Origin: Phoronis australis
Taxonomy: Eukaryota; Animalia; Phoronida
Reading direction: 5' to 3'
NCBI GenBank assembly: GCA_002633005.1
Contig: NMRA01000526.1
Span: forward strand, 1-64,000
DNA length: 64,000 nt
Shown here: piece by piece, positions 25,901 to 39,431 of the stretch
How the letters are laid out: every line of letters starts with the position of its first letter
Numbering within the stretch: position 1 is the first letter of the stretch
Program-made: the position numbers and the translations under genes
Notes under the pieces: model-generated
The model's input: the letters and a program-made list of their open reading frames with translations, nothing else
Told to the model about the DNA's origin: nothing
Database searches by the model: none

Positions 25901-28900
25901 TCAGGTATGATAATTACGAAGATATAAATCAACCCCACTTTTCAGATTTCACTCTCGTGAATATGCTTGGTTATCAGCACAACAGTGTTAACTGTCAGCC
26001 ATGTGAAGCAATTTTTATTGTGTTTTATTTGGACTTGCCACAGAGTGTAAAGTAATAATAATAAATAGATTGTCAGAAAGGGACGATAATGACTGCGCGA
26101 GTGAGACTTTTGCAATGTTGACAACCTTTCCAATGGCTTGTGCACCATAGCAAAACTATGCAAGAAAATAAAATGTGGATCATGCTCAATCACAGATGTT
26201 TAATTGTGGGCACAGTAGAATTAAAATTTTATTTAAATAATACATGTTGTATTAAGTTAGATATCCTTTGTACTATTTGACCCTTTCCGGTGCATTATGC
26301 CCCTCAGTAGAGAAATAAATGTGAAGTCCATAAAGCGTTGTTAATGCTGAGAATTATGGTGTCCAATTGTTTACACATCTGAATACGTGTTGAGTGAAAA
26401 GTCATATTTTCAGAAGAAAAATGTCCCAGGAAATAATATTAGGAAACATATTGTGTAGACATTCATCCATTTCTACCCTCATTCTGGTAAAAAACGCATG
26501 CTCCGTCAGCAAAACTGAAAAATGGAACACGTTACATGAGCAAGCCTTAGAAACACGAGCGTCTATGCAATTGTTTCCTGCAACTTTTATTCAGCTACTG
26601 TCAGTATGTCAAACGAAAGGATTGTGTCATCTCAACATGTTTCCTCTGAATGTCTCTTTTATCTTGTACATTGACGAAGTTTTTAATGATTGATTATACC
26701 AACTATTGAAATCTTGTATTTTTCTTAATCATAGAAATGACATGATCATTGTTGTAGAATGTTTTAGTAACTTATTGCTTTGTGGTTGTGCAGATGATGT
26801 GAAATATGCCAATAAAGTATTGGTTCATTAACAACAGATGAATTCAGAATAGAATACAAAGCGGTGCTGAACCACCACAAAACATCATTTTAAAGTCACA
26901 AAAAGAACTTACTCGTACTTTTAATTCTTAGGCTGTGTAGACCCAAACCAGAGAGTTTCCATGAAAAAAGTCACTCTTTTGTATGGTTTTGCATCCTACC
27001 ATTTGGTTTAGACCACTTACTGTTAAAAAATTGTCTCCACTTAACTTACTCTGAGGTGTTATTCCAGGGTTTGAGAACAATTGGCACTATTTATTGAAAC
27101 CATAAAATGACTCTAAATGACAAGCCAGCTTGGTCTAAAGCAATATGAAAAAAAACGTTCTTTTGAAATCCTGAAATCATCTCCAAGTTGACTTAACCAA
27201 GGAACAGTTTGAGACCTATTTCGTAATCATGGTAAGTGGTCTCCATCAAAAGTTTTTTGTGTTGGAAGGTGGATTTATAGTTGATTTCAACCCTTCCAGA
27301 GGCAACCTTGTTCCTGGGTAACAAAGGTAGTCAGTTTAACATTACCTTTTGATACAACTTAGTCCACAAATGTGCACAATCTTCCACAAAACACTACACA
27401 TGACAAACTGTTCCCACGTACAAGCAACCATTACCACACATAAATAAGTGTGGTCGTAGCCTAGATCGTTGTGCATGGTAAGCATTCCAATTGTGGAGCA
27501 TGTTAAGCACTTGGCGGGTTCTACTCCTTTGGAGCGTTCCCCTTTTTAGAATGCATATCATAAAGGCTTGATTATCACCTCTGAATTCGGTAACCAAGAA
27601 TCCAATAAGCATAATGGAAATTCAGAAACAAATTCACAAACACAGCTCTCTAGCATGCTTGTTTGGACAACCGCGGTAATTTTGGCCCTCTTTGGATGGG
27701 TGTCCAACAGTCTTATATCCATGGATTCTTAACATAACGATGGTGAATTCTCCAGCGAAGGAATTTACAGAACTTGCCCAGATTTTTCCAAACAAAAGCC
27801 CACCAACAACTAGCATAATAACCAATAAAAGTGAAAACATAATCATGTTGAGACAAAGAAAAGAACAGCACTTAAGTGTGGCATCAACTTCCAGTTTCAG
27901 AAGCAGCCGAATTGTGACATCCACCTACACAAAAATGGTGTCTGCGTCGAACATTTGTTGAAATGTCCAATAATACGGGAATTCCACTTGAGGTTGCGCT
28001 AACACTGTAACTTGTAACATTCACAGGTCCACTTGGACAGTACTGCCCAGATGGGACCCTAGCGCATATTGCGCCTAATACATGACTGAAGCAGTGTCAA
28101 GGAGGAAGTCAGTATCCCACAAAAGATGTATACAGGACGTGCTTTTTGGAAGGGTGACTCTACGAAAGGGTGTCCTTTCAGTCAAATTACCTGCAAAATG
28201 TCACTTTTTCTGACAAGATTGCTCGCAAAATAATGCTTTATGGAAATTCAAAACTTTATGGTTCTTTTTCCAACTACACAAATCTGCAGAAGGTATGCAA
28301 TGTTTTTTGTTTTAAAAAATTTTGGTAAAAATGATGTTCTTGTTCTTGACATCATGGAAGTCTTCACCATTTCAGTCTGATAGGGTTAAAAAATTCAACC
28401 GTCCAAAAATATAGTGCGAATGTGTTATGTAAATTATGGAACTTCCCCTACATAAAAGTGATTTTTCCGGAACAAAACTAGACTATGAAAGGTTTACTTC
28501 TTCATGGAAGTTTACTGCAAATGAAACAACTTTTCAAGTAGATATCTGTACAAAAAATAGTCATCTCGAATAACATATGGGAAATGACCATTGTGTGTTG
28601 ACACAACTTGGTTTAAACGAACTACTATCCTGTGATGCATACAGAATGACTTGTCAGTTTCGCTTTGCCACTGGAGCCTGGTTAAGCCATGCAGACTCTC
28701 ACCTCAAAGAGACCAAATTAGGGTAAAAATTATTCAGTTTAGACACAATATGACAGGAAATTTCATTTGTCAAATTTCTCAATGAAAAATATTTTAAATT
28801 TTTCAAGAAAATTTACTTTGATTTTGGCACAGTTTGCATGATGTAGCTATTACCAAAAAAAGCATTTGGTAAAATTTTGAGCATATGCAACAACGTGGTA

Positions 28901-29023
28901 AGCATCCAAAAATAGAAATATGCCAATTTTAGCATTATATTTTCATCCAAAAGACTTTTTACCACACTCTAGCGGCAATTGACCATTTCGGCACAGTTTT
29001 TCTGCTGACAAAATGTATTAAAA

Positions 29024-30296
29024 TTAATGAACATCCCTCTCAGATATAGTATCTTTAGCGCCTTCACTCTCTGCAATTTTGTCACGTTTACTAACACAAT
29101 CTTCCCCCTTCACATAAAATCGCCATGGTTTCCTGGCATATTCCTCACCAGCACCATCAATCCCTATTCTGGTACTAGTCACAATTCCATCAGAAGGAAC
29201 AGTTTCTCCATTTTCAACCCACAATTGGCCAAAAGTTGTCAAATCTTTGGCATTAAAATTTTCCTTGTCAAGAAAGAGCGCTTGACAAAGTTTTGATGGT
29301 CCATTTGATAACTCCTTTGTCTTCAAACTTTTTGCACTGCCTTTCCTTTTGAGATTTCTGCCTTTGGTCATGTGATCTTGTCCTTCAACAGGTTTAAGAG
29401 CACGTAGCAGTACACAACATCCATCTCCTAAAAATGTTAAATTATGTTACATACATGCTGAAATGGTAGGAAAGTAAATTCTCATAACAGCAATAGTCAA
29501 AAATTGCCAATAGTGTTCATTACTAATCAATTTTAAAAACATTAAACATAAGCCTTAAGCTGGTTTCACCACAGTTTTTCACGGGTGGTACTACACCTGT
29601 TTTTAAATATTACATAAATCATTATTTGACATCATGTACTTAAGCTGATTTCAGCTTTTATGTAACACTTAGGGAAAACATACTAATAATAAAAATGAAT
29701 GCCACAACCTGACCAGACACTATTCTTGGCCTTGACTACCAGTACACGCACAATTTTGGTTTTTTCAACCTATCTCAAACAAGACTATGAAGTATGGATA
29801 ACTACAAAACTAATTAATTTTGAAGTCGAGCAATGACTGATACCCAATAGGCATTCACTACTTACTACATATTAAAAACATTTCTAAAAATGAGAATTTT
29901 ACCTTTGCATGATATATTCAGGCAGTAGTACATTCCATAAGTGAAGTAAACGTAAGACGTCCCTGGGACCATGAACATTGCTGCATTTCTTGCAGTAACT
30001 TTTCCGGAATACGAGTGGCAAGCTTTATCGTCCCTTCCAAGATAGGCCTCTGTCTCTACAATTATTCCACTCACACGAGAACCATCATCTAGTTTTCTCA
30101 CAAGCTTTTTCCCTAAAAGATTTTTGGCCAAATCCAAACCAGGTTGATCAAAAAATGAACGGCCTAATCTGGCCACGTGGTTCAGATGTGAGGTGCCAAT
30201 TAACTTCTTGTCTTCAGCATCTTTTCTTTTTCTGGCACTCCCTTTGAAGTATTTGCTCGTTTTATCACACTGAATGAACTTCCTCTTCTGCAGCAT
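29024..30296 (-). CDS. MPG: DNA-3-methyladenine glycosylase (MPG/AAG), 2 coding exons, ~265 aa
   Basis: Exons 29903-30296 and 29024-29427 join in phase 1. Motifs: [12 protein letters not shown]...[18 protein letters not shown]...[38 protein letters not shown]...[12 protein letters not shown]...RIGI...PWRFYV. An acceptor AG lies just 5' of the ATG, implying an upstream exon. Confidence 0.95.
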
Positions 30297-32189
30297 TTTC
30301 CTGAAAAAAGAATTTAACTTCAATGCACATTGTTGGCACAAAAACAGCAGTAAGGTTTCAAGGAAAAATATGGTACGTGGTATGATTTCAAATAACAAGG
30401 AACATTTATGAACACGCGAACAATGATCTTCAACCATCGTTGTACACTCTCCACAAATGTATATAACTTTGTAAAAAGCCAGGTTGACATTTGCACATGA
30501 GCTGCTCTTTGTACTTGATAGACAAGTACAAGAAATACCAGCACCAACCCTTGGCGCTAACATCAATACTCTTCCAAGCAGAGCATCACATCAGCAATGG
30601 CTTTCACACTACATCTTTGAAGACTGCTAGATCAGACAGTGTGTATATGATGTTAGATAAAAGAGTTGTTTGCACATTCTAATACATTAGCTAAGCCTCA
30701 AACTTTTGGAAAATTACACCAGGCTAAACCATAATACTCAGGTTGCAATACAAGTAAGCAGTATTTGAGAATAGAGGGATATCTTAGAAGCCATTGATGT
30801 CTTTAATCAAACTGACGTGTGATTCAACTAGTGTGACCGGGGCCCCGAGATGAGATAGGTTTATGCCAATGAAGATAACACAACAACAAAAATTACTGAC
30901 TTTTTAACATACTGGTAGTTGTGATGTGGGTTGACAGAGTGCCGCAATTTCAGAGTGTGTGAAATATGCTCATATGTTTCACCACCTTGTTGGGAAACCT
31001 AACAAAATGATGGAGTTAAGTCGGAGAATTGAAAAGTCAGTTTTTACGGAAAATGTTTTCCAGGCAACATTTTAAGTTTGATCTTTGTTTGAGGTGACTG
31101 GTCATTGAGGGGAACTTTAACTTAAACAAATACTTCGGAAATCAAGATTTCTTTCATACACGTCACATCATCCATGCACTTTGTTGCTCAGGTGACACAA
31201 GGATACGTTAGTAGCAATCACGGAGGATAAGGGGCGAGCGCGACCCAAGCAGGTTGCCAGTGTAGAGCATTAGTGAATATTTACCTGTGCAGCGATCCGC
31301 TCATTGAAAAATATGGCCTAGAAGATCTCTCACACCCAGCGCCACCTGGGCAGCAACAGGGCAAAATCACTGGATGGAGGAATGCAGTGGAAAGAAACCC
31401 TGATTCCCAAAGAATGAATTTATTTGAGATGAAAGGATTTAAAGCAGCTATCGACTCTCACATTCCTTCAAACAAGCAAACTTTTGATTTAGACCCCTTT
31501 CCACAATAAAATTGAACTGAACTTGTTCCCTATTCAGATGAGAAGTGATTCCTGGTTTTTCAAATAAAAACAATGCTTATAATTCCTCGCGATCATGCTC
31601 TACCATCTAAATGGCACGCCATGTCAAATCAAACTCGTATTTGCAGAGTGTTATGTTCGTGGTTTTCATTAAACTTGCAGAGTTCAAAACATAACCTTAT
31701 ACAGCACTGGTAGCTAGAATCATAGATTGTGTAAGATGTGCAAAACAATTCTCTGAAATCTGATTATGACTCATGAGCATATGATCTTTAGTTCTGACAA
31801 ACAAGTTTTCAGTTGAGAGATAGACAGCATAGTGAATAGATGTATCTTGTAGATCTCTAGAGCCCACGTAAAACCGTAACATAGAGTTGTGTTTGAAAGA
31901 GGTTTTCATACACAGAGCTTGGTCTCAAACAATAAAAACCAAGCTCCCATTTACAAAGCCTAGAAATCACTTCCAGTTTGAAAGAAGGAACAATTTGAGA
32001 CCAAGGTTGGTTTTTGTGATTGAAGGTGGGCTCAACAGGAGGCTTCTATGATTGACAGTTACATATAGCAACACGTCTTTGATGGTTTCGCCAGGGCAGG
32101 CAGTAATTACCTGGAAGTTTCTGGCATACACGGGGGCCATGATGTGAGCAGAGCAGTCTGAGCCTGGTAGGGTCAGTCATATTGACTAG

Positions 32190-33125
32190 TAGGCAATGAC
32201 CATCGCCTCTGTTGGCCCGACCAGAGGCAATGCAGCTCCTATAGGTGCTCCATACGCTGAATGCTTTCCAGCGAATTATGCCTCGCACCAACTAAAACAT
32301 CACGTTGTTATAAATACCTTTTGCGCATAGACGAACACCTTAAGAGGTAGTCGATGTGTTTAATTCCTTCGAACAAATACTCCCATTATCAAACTTTTTC
32401 TTCGAGCAGTCCCTATTTCAGTTCCCAAAATCATGAACTCACCATTTTTATACTGCGCACGCTCCCAATTTTTACCGCACTCGCTACATGATGTGACTTC
32501 ATGACCTCAATCTTTGAATACGGCCAAAGGTGAGTCATTGCGGTCCAAATGTTCGTTTCCAAAATTCCACCACTACTAGTCTTTAATTGGCGTTACTTGA
32601 AACTGATTGTACTTCAATGAATTATTGTTTGTATTTGATAAAAATAAATGCTGTTGATATGACATTTAATAGTCTTTGTGCACATATTTGACATTTTAAT
32701 GTTTAACAACATGGCAAATACACGGCTGGTTCCCGGCAACACGTACGCAGAGGGCAGGGACTTCAGCTTTTAAAGTTCGTCGGTAGGACCGCAACTTCTG
32801 ACATTCGGCCTGGTTAAAAGAATGAGGTCATATCTCTTGGCGTGCGCCAAGTTAAAATGGTGAGTTCACGATTTTGGGAACTGAAATAGGGACTGCTCGA
32901 AGAAAAAGTTTGATAATGCGAGTATTTGTTCGAGTTGGAAGGAATTAAATACATTGACAACCTCCTAAGGTGTTCCTCTATGCGCAAAAGGTATTTTATA
33001 ATGACGTGACTTTGATGTCTTAGTCGGTGCGAGGCAAAATTCGCCGAAAAGCTTCCGGCATATGGAGCGCTTATAGGAGCTGCATCGCCTCTGGTCGGGC
33101 CAACAGAGGCGATGGTCATTGCCTA
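32190..33125. mobile_element. Mutator/MULE-like MITE, 936 bp, ~270-bp TIRs, 9-bp TSD
   Basis: ATTGACTAG|TAGGCAATGACCATCGCCTCTG...CAGAGGCGATGGTCATTGCCTA|ATTGACTAG shows a perfect 9-bp direct repeat and long imperfect TIRs. Confidence 0.92.
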
Positions 33126-33509
33126 ATTGACTAGGTGACGGCTGCTGAGAGACCCCTCTTGCGGGTGCTAGGTCTGCCAATTACCACCCCCCCCCCTTTT
33201 GTGGGGGGTAGGAAGACGGCCAGTGTGCCTTTTGTGGGGCTGAGACCAATGCACTTGGTCCTTTTGCATGGATGAAATGGAAATTTAGGGGCAAAACCTG
33301 ATGAAGAAGTACCGCCTACCCACAATTTTTGGTGCACGGCGCCTACTCGACTTCCGATCTTCGGGTGTGAAGTGTAAAGACGAGAAAGAAAGAAAAATTA
33401 GAACATGAAGGTTTGATTAGTTGATTGACGAGTCAAAAATCGTAACAAACTACGGCCGGGCTAATGCTAACCAGAGACAACTTCACGGTGCAGTACAAAT
33501 CCTATATAC

Positions 33510-33612
33510 CTTTGCTCGTTCACGGCGATAGAGTCGAGCTGCAGGAAGCGGAAGTGAACGGATAACCTTTCACTGATACCCGCGGCAGAGGAATCTCTAC
33601 CGCGGGTACCAG
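33510..33612 (-). promoter_or_regulatory. Putative MPG promoter and non-coding first exon
   Basis: CpG-rich patch with tandem ETS-like CTTCCG/CTTCC motifs and a donor AAG|GTATAT at 33509. A 40-bp palindrome lies upstream. Assignment to MPG is inferred. Confidence 0.4.
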
Positions 33613-33897
33613 AATTGGGCGCTAGTTGAGCTGTGCACTTTTAGTCTCCGTGTTTGGCCGACACTAAACGATAACGATAACGAAAATCGCATTAGGCTCT
33701 TTACTGTTATAAAATCGGTCTCACAACATTAGCAAAAAATGAAGATACATAGCAATCTATATTATTTATCTTTTTTTTTCAAATTTTACGAAAAGGCATA
33801 CCTCGAGTCAGTGACCGATAGACGGCAGCTAGATTGGTCAAGCCCGGCGCAAAGCTGATGTCAGTACCGCGGCTTTATACTCTCACCGTGCTTTTAC

Positions 33898-34029
33898 CAG
33901 TGGCGGATCTAGGATACCATAAAGGGAGGGGGCGCCCACCATCCGAAGATGACGTCTCGGGGAATTGGGAAAAGCGTGATTGTGTTTGCAGCAAAGACCC
34001 GAAAGTTGCGGGGACCGGTCTCGTGACCC
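33898..34029. mobile_element. CAGTGGCGGATCTAG-type small MITE (hAT-like)
   Basis: Starts CAGTGGCGGATCTAGG and ends CCGGATCTGCTG. Related ends occur at 36085-36098, 45801-45813 and 47444-47459. Confidence 0.55.
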
Positions 34030-34379
34030 TTCTGTTCCGGATCTGCTGTTAGATTAAAAAAAAAAAACTTGTTTAAGTGGGATGACGTTGCCCTGCACTG
34101 AGTGTATGGGGTTGACGGCCAGCAGAGGTTTCATCCATGGAGGAACCAGCTAGGCGGTTAAAAGTAATCGCACATTTTACTCGGGTGGCTTAATAAACGG
34201 ACGTGAGGCAAGTAAACTTTGTCGAAATTGTCTCTTAATAATTTCTATTGGCGCGATGTATTCATTGGCCTAAAAGAATGGCGACATTTTTATGTGAAAA
34301 TCAATGTTACTGAGTAAGAACGTTTTTTAACTAACCATCGTAACTTCGAGATGAAAGAAAGTGTGCATTTATAAGCATT

Positions 34380-35090
34380 GGGTTAAAAAACAGTATTTAT
34401 TAGAGATGTTTACTACACTTCTGATGGTAATATTGGAAGTTTAGACTTTATGATAAAGGTGTATTATGTGAAAACCAATTTTATACAATATAATGGTGCT
34501 GTTTCTGCCTTAGAAGATTCCAAGTCTTCGTTTAAAGTAAATTCATCATCTATTTCCCTTGCATTCCTTTACCAATTAATAATACATTTCACATTTGTTC
34601 TAGTATCATGGGAAAATATATTCATTGTCTTAAAAATTACAAAGGACCACAGAATCACATGGTTCCTGTATTAGACTCATACAATATTGTTTAGACGAAT
34701 ACCTATTTAGTGAAATTGTAGGTTTGTGAATGCAATTTATGTTCCTTTAGTAATTAAGTTTTGGAAATGCGCCTTAGTTTTCTGGGAATGCAGTTCTGTG
34801 GAGGATTTTTAGGAGTTCAGTTACATGTAACTACTTTAAAATTGTCATACCTAAATTTTCAATTGTTTTCTTTACAAATTTGTTATGCTTTGACTTCAAG
34901 AGACGCAAGATTTTCTATTTAAATTTATTATTAGCGAAACAATACATTTATAGGGAGAGATATGTAACACAAATGTACCGAATATTCATAACTTCGTTAG
35001 ATATGCGGCACAAAAATCTTTTGCTTGTAAAAAATCAAGTGGGACACTGTGAAAAATATGAGAATAAATGTACATATAAATTCAACGTTA
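34380..35090 (+). mobile_element. Non-LTR retrotransposon (L1/Tx1-like) ORF2 C-terminal remnant
   Basis: Fragments NFIQYNGAVSA, WENIF...TKDHRITWFLY and LNLLLAKQYIYR resemble the post-RT C-terminal region of L1/Tx1-type ORF2. Confidence 0.6.
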
Positions 35091-37534
35091 AAACGCAGGT
35101 GTAAGTATTTTTGAGTGTGGTCTTTACGTATGCATGTGTGTGATATTTTGTTGTTTTAATTGTCTGTTGAACTGAAGTATTTTTTTCAAAATTAGACGGT
35201 AGTTTAAAGTACGTGGTGATTACCGTTTTCATAATTCGTTCTCCGATATGTACTTGTGTCAGTCGAAAATGCATAGATCTGGGCCAGGTATCAGATAGGG
35301 CTATACGATAAGTCTTTTAAACTAGGAACGAGGTTTTTGTAACAAATGCGATAAGTTTAACTTCGATTAACTTTGCACTTTTGAAATATCAAGTAAGTAA
35401 AAAGGTAAGTTAGCATAAGTAAAAACCTTAAAATTAAAATTAAATATTGCAATATTCTGACAAAAACTATCATACTACACTATTCTCAAAAATGTCAGCA
35501 ATTATTAGTGTTGGGCTAAAGATAAGAATTTGTAAAAGAAGCGCTGGGCAGCATCCACGCACCGACCATACCATCCACGCACCGACCATGCCATCCACGC
35601 ACCGACCATGCCATCCACGCACCGACCATGCCATCCACGCACCCACCAATCCGTAAAACTGTCACCATTGTACAGCAGGATACTCAAACGATTCACAAAA
35701 CAATGGCGAAGACTAAAATGTCCGTGACCGATCAAACAAGTAGCATTTCTTCCTTGTCAACTCGCTCACGTTGCACACTACACGGACAAACTGGGTCAAG
35801 AACAGGAACCTTCAGTGCTTCCACAACACTAAAAAGTTCGTTTCCTGTTCAGCTCAATCTTTCGGAATGAACACCCAAGTTTCCTTTAGTTTCGTCACCA
35901 GCCTGCAAAGTGGTTCAATATTTTTCAACATTGTCCATTACTTTTAAACCCAACCCCAGCTGAATGACTAGAGGCGCTCATATTNNNNNNNNNNNNNNNN
36001 NNNNNNNNNNNNNNNNNNNNNNNNNNNNNNNNNNNNNNNNNNNNNNNNNNNNNNNNNNNNNNNNNNGCCCCCCCCCCCCCCCCCTAAATCCGCCTATGTA
36101 GTATCATGGGAAAATATATTCACTGTCTTACAAAATTGCAAAGGACCACAGCATCACATGGTGCCAGTATTAGACTGGTACGCAGCATTGTTTCGACAAA
36201 TACCTATTTAGTGAAATTCTAGGTTTGTGAATCCAATTTATGTTCCTTTTGCAATTAAGTTTCGGAAACGAACCTCAGTTTTCTGGGAATGCAGTTCAGT
36301 GGAGAATTTTTAGGAGTTCAGGAAACTACTTCAAAATTGTAGCACCTAAATTTTCAATTGTTTTCCTTACAAAGTTGTTATGCTTGGACTTTAAGAGACA
36401 CAAGATTTTCTGGTTAGCATTTTACTAGTAGGGAAGCATACATTTGAGATATGTGAAACACGGATATCCATTACAACGTTAGATATGCGGTACAAAAATC
36501 TTTTGCTTGTAAAAAAATGAGTGGGACACTTTTTGTGAAAAATATGAGGATAAATGTACATATAAATTCAATGTTAAAACGCAGGTGTATTTTTGAGTGT
36601 GAACTTTATGTATGCATGTGAGTGATACTTTCGGTTTCAATTGCCTCTTGATAGTATTTTTTCAAAATTAGAAGGTAGTTCAAAGTACGTGGCGATTAAA
36701 GTTTTCTTAATTCGGACTCCGATATGAACTTGTGTCAGTCGAAAATAAATAGATCTAGGCCAGGCGTGCGTTCAGTAGACGCTAGGACCTAGCTAAAACC
36801 TAGTCAAAGTCACGTGTTCTCATTTAAAATGCACGGCAATATCTCACGTAATCTCGCGATGTCTTGCTTTTTAGCGAGGTCCTAGCGTTACTGAACGGGA
36901 GGCTATACGATAAGGCTAAGGCTATACGATAAGTATTTTAAACTAGGAACCAGGTTTTTGTAACAAATGCAATACGTTTAACTTCGATTTACTTTGCACT
37001 TTTGAAATGTCAAGTACCTAAAAAGGCAAGTTAGTATAAGAAAAAACCTAATTAAAATTAAATATTGCAATATTCTGACAAAAACTGCACTATTGTCAAA
37101 AATGTCAGCAATTATTAGTGTTGTGCTAATGAGAATTTGTAAAAGAAGCGCTGGACAGCATCCACGCACCCACCATGCCATCCACGCACCCACCATGCTG
37201 TAAAACTGTCACCATTGTACAGTAGGATATTCAAACGATTCACAAAACAATGGCCGACGACTAACATGTTCGTGACCGAAACCAGTTGCATTTCATCCTT
37301 GTCAACTCGCTCACATTGCACACAACACAGACAAACTGGGTCAGGGACAAGACGCTTTAGTGTTCTCACAACACTAAAACACTAAAAAGTTCGTTTCCTA
37401 TTCAGCTCAATTTTTGAGAAAAGAACACCCAGGTTGCCTTTAATTTCGTCATCAGCCTGCAAAGTGGTTCAATATTTTTCAACAGTGTCCATTACTTTTA
37501 ACCCCAACCCCAGCTGAATGACTCGAGGTGCTCA
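34600..37534 (+). repeat. Diverged ~1.4-kb tandem duplication (34600-35981 / 36099-37534) with a 20-bp minisatellite
   Basis: The two copies are colinear with many substitutions and indels. The unit CCATCCACGCACCGACCATG occurs ~5 times at 35551-35650 and ~2 times at 37158-37198. Confidence 0.9.
36763..36903. mobile_element. ~140-bp MITE present only in the second duplicate; relative at 50078-50178
   Basis: TIR-like CGTTCAGTAGACGCTAGGACCT / AGGTCCTAGCGTTACTGAACG. It is absent at the equivalent site near 35290. Confidence 0.7.
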
Positions 37535-39431
37535 CATACGTCCCACCCTCCCACCCACCCACTCACAACGCACTTATTTATTGTATAGGAGTTCAATTGA
37601 GGCAACAAACCACCTGCGAATCTGTTTTTAATCATCAGTTAAAGCCATTCTATATCTGGGCTGCAACTTTATCCACTACACCAACATTTATTACAGAATG
37701 CCGGGAAATCTAGGAAGCTCAAGCACACACAAAGGCAGGAGTACCAGATTTTAGTGAAGAGAACTGGTTCTCAGAATGATGGAGGAATGATTATTACTCA
37801 TACAAATTACCAGCGTCATAACAAGTGGTCAATTCACACACACTTTATGCAAAGGAAGTGTCTTCATCAAAAAAACGTCTAGTTCAAGGTTAAAAGTAAC
37901 CGGTAAAAATCAGATCTACACAATGTTTTCTAGAATCACAATCTTAGTGCAGAAAAAAACTAACATCCTAACATTTTCTTGTACCATAAGCTACAAGTTC
38001 ACAACAATTTAAACTACAGGAGATTAGTACAAAATATTGAATAAAGCTTTTACACATTCAGACAATGTTGGCTTCCCTGAAAATAATTTCTGTACAAGAT
38101 AATTTTTGTCTTCCTTCAAAATATAGCATGGAACAAAATCCTTGCATACCGGCACCACTTCAGTTTCAAACCATAAACAAATATTTTAAAAGAGTCTGAT
38201 ACAAAAAATTGTGATCACTACAAAAACAGTTGCAGCCCTGCTATACAAGTAAAAGTTACAATTAAAACTATTCACTAATGAAAAGTCTCAACTGGCACTC
38301 ATTTAAGGCTCTGTGGGCAAACTGACCTGCAGTGTGAACCTTGATCTCTCTGAAGGGTCGGAGTTCAACCATAGGTCATCCTTAGATTTCACCCAATCAC
38401 ATGTTCACCTTATCACGAAAATTACACAAGCATTACATAAAATTTTGGATAGTGCCTTAACACAACATCGTTTGCTTTGCACCATTAAGCAAGTTACAAC
38501 AGATAATAGATATCCCTTTGGTAATAACAGTCAATGTCATAATTAACACCATACATATACACAGGTCCCAATTGCTTCACTTTAACTCGTATCATCATCA
38601 GTATAACACAACACACCAATAAGATAACTGGTTGTTTGGGTTGTACACCTTACAATGTTTAGTTTCCAATGATGTTTTGATTTAAAGAGAAACCTGTGCA
38701 TACTTATTGTAAATGCCACATCTATTCCTGTCACGATATCTATTTTCTGGCCTAAAACCAGGATGGTTAACCATGTTTTGTGTTTCATTTCTCCAAGTCA
38801 ATTAGAATGACATTAACAGTGAGAGAAGTGTTTTTTTTTAAGTTCAGCCCCAATACGGAATCAAACTCACAGCCTCAGCAGTTGCAGCCCAGGCTAAATC
38901 TCACTCAATATATCACAAAATATTTTAAGCATATTTAACTGGCAAAGCCATCGAGCTTCATTTCAGCGCACGACTGGTAGGCAATGGCAAAAATAGGCCA
39001 TCAGCAATAAAATAACCAGAACACAATGAATTTTGTTGTTTTACAGTCCTGATGAAAGCTAACTCCAGAAAGTCTGTCTCATCCAACAAAAGTCCAAAAA
39101 ATGACTTTTTCAGCTGTGAAAACTTATTACCGGGTATAACTCTTTAAAGGTTACAATCAATAACCCATGAACACTTAAGTTGCACATAGTTCAGAACAAA
39201 ATTACAAAACAATGGATGTTTAAAGTTCTATGGCAACTTGCTTTTCTGAGTCTCTCTGAGGATGGTCAACCTAAAGTTTGGGGGACACCTCTCACAATAA
39301 CACGTGGCTAGACTAGAACTTGCCAGATGACAGATAACCACGTGCATGTGTGCACTTGTCAGTTATGAATGTCGCATGGGGCAACATGCTCCCAAGGAAT
39401 GGCACCAATATAACATCCGGAGAAATCTGTA

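Noticed and set aside
25600-28100. Possible decayed coding sequence (short ORFs at 25.7-26.2 kb and 27.4-28.0 kb)
   Set aside because: I could not recognise any motif. A translated search would be needed.
30301-30566. N-terminal extension of the 233-aa MPG ORF
   Set aside because: It lies upstream of a clear polypyrimidine-AG acceptor at 30301-30302 and starts at a non-ATG codon, so it is intron read-through.
31273-31509. 78-aa ORF in the presumed MPG intron
   Set aside because: It starts at GTG and has no recognisable domain or supporting splice structure.
35551-35650. CRISPR-like repeat array
   Set aside because: The 20-bp units are contiguous with no spacers, in a eukaryotic context. 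It is a minisatellite.
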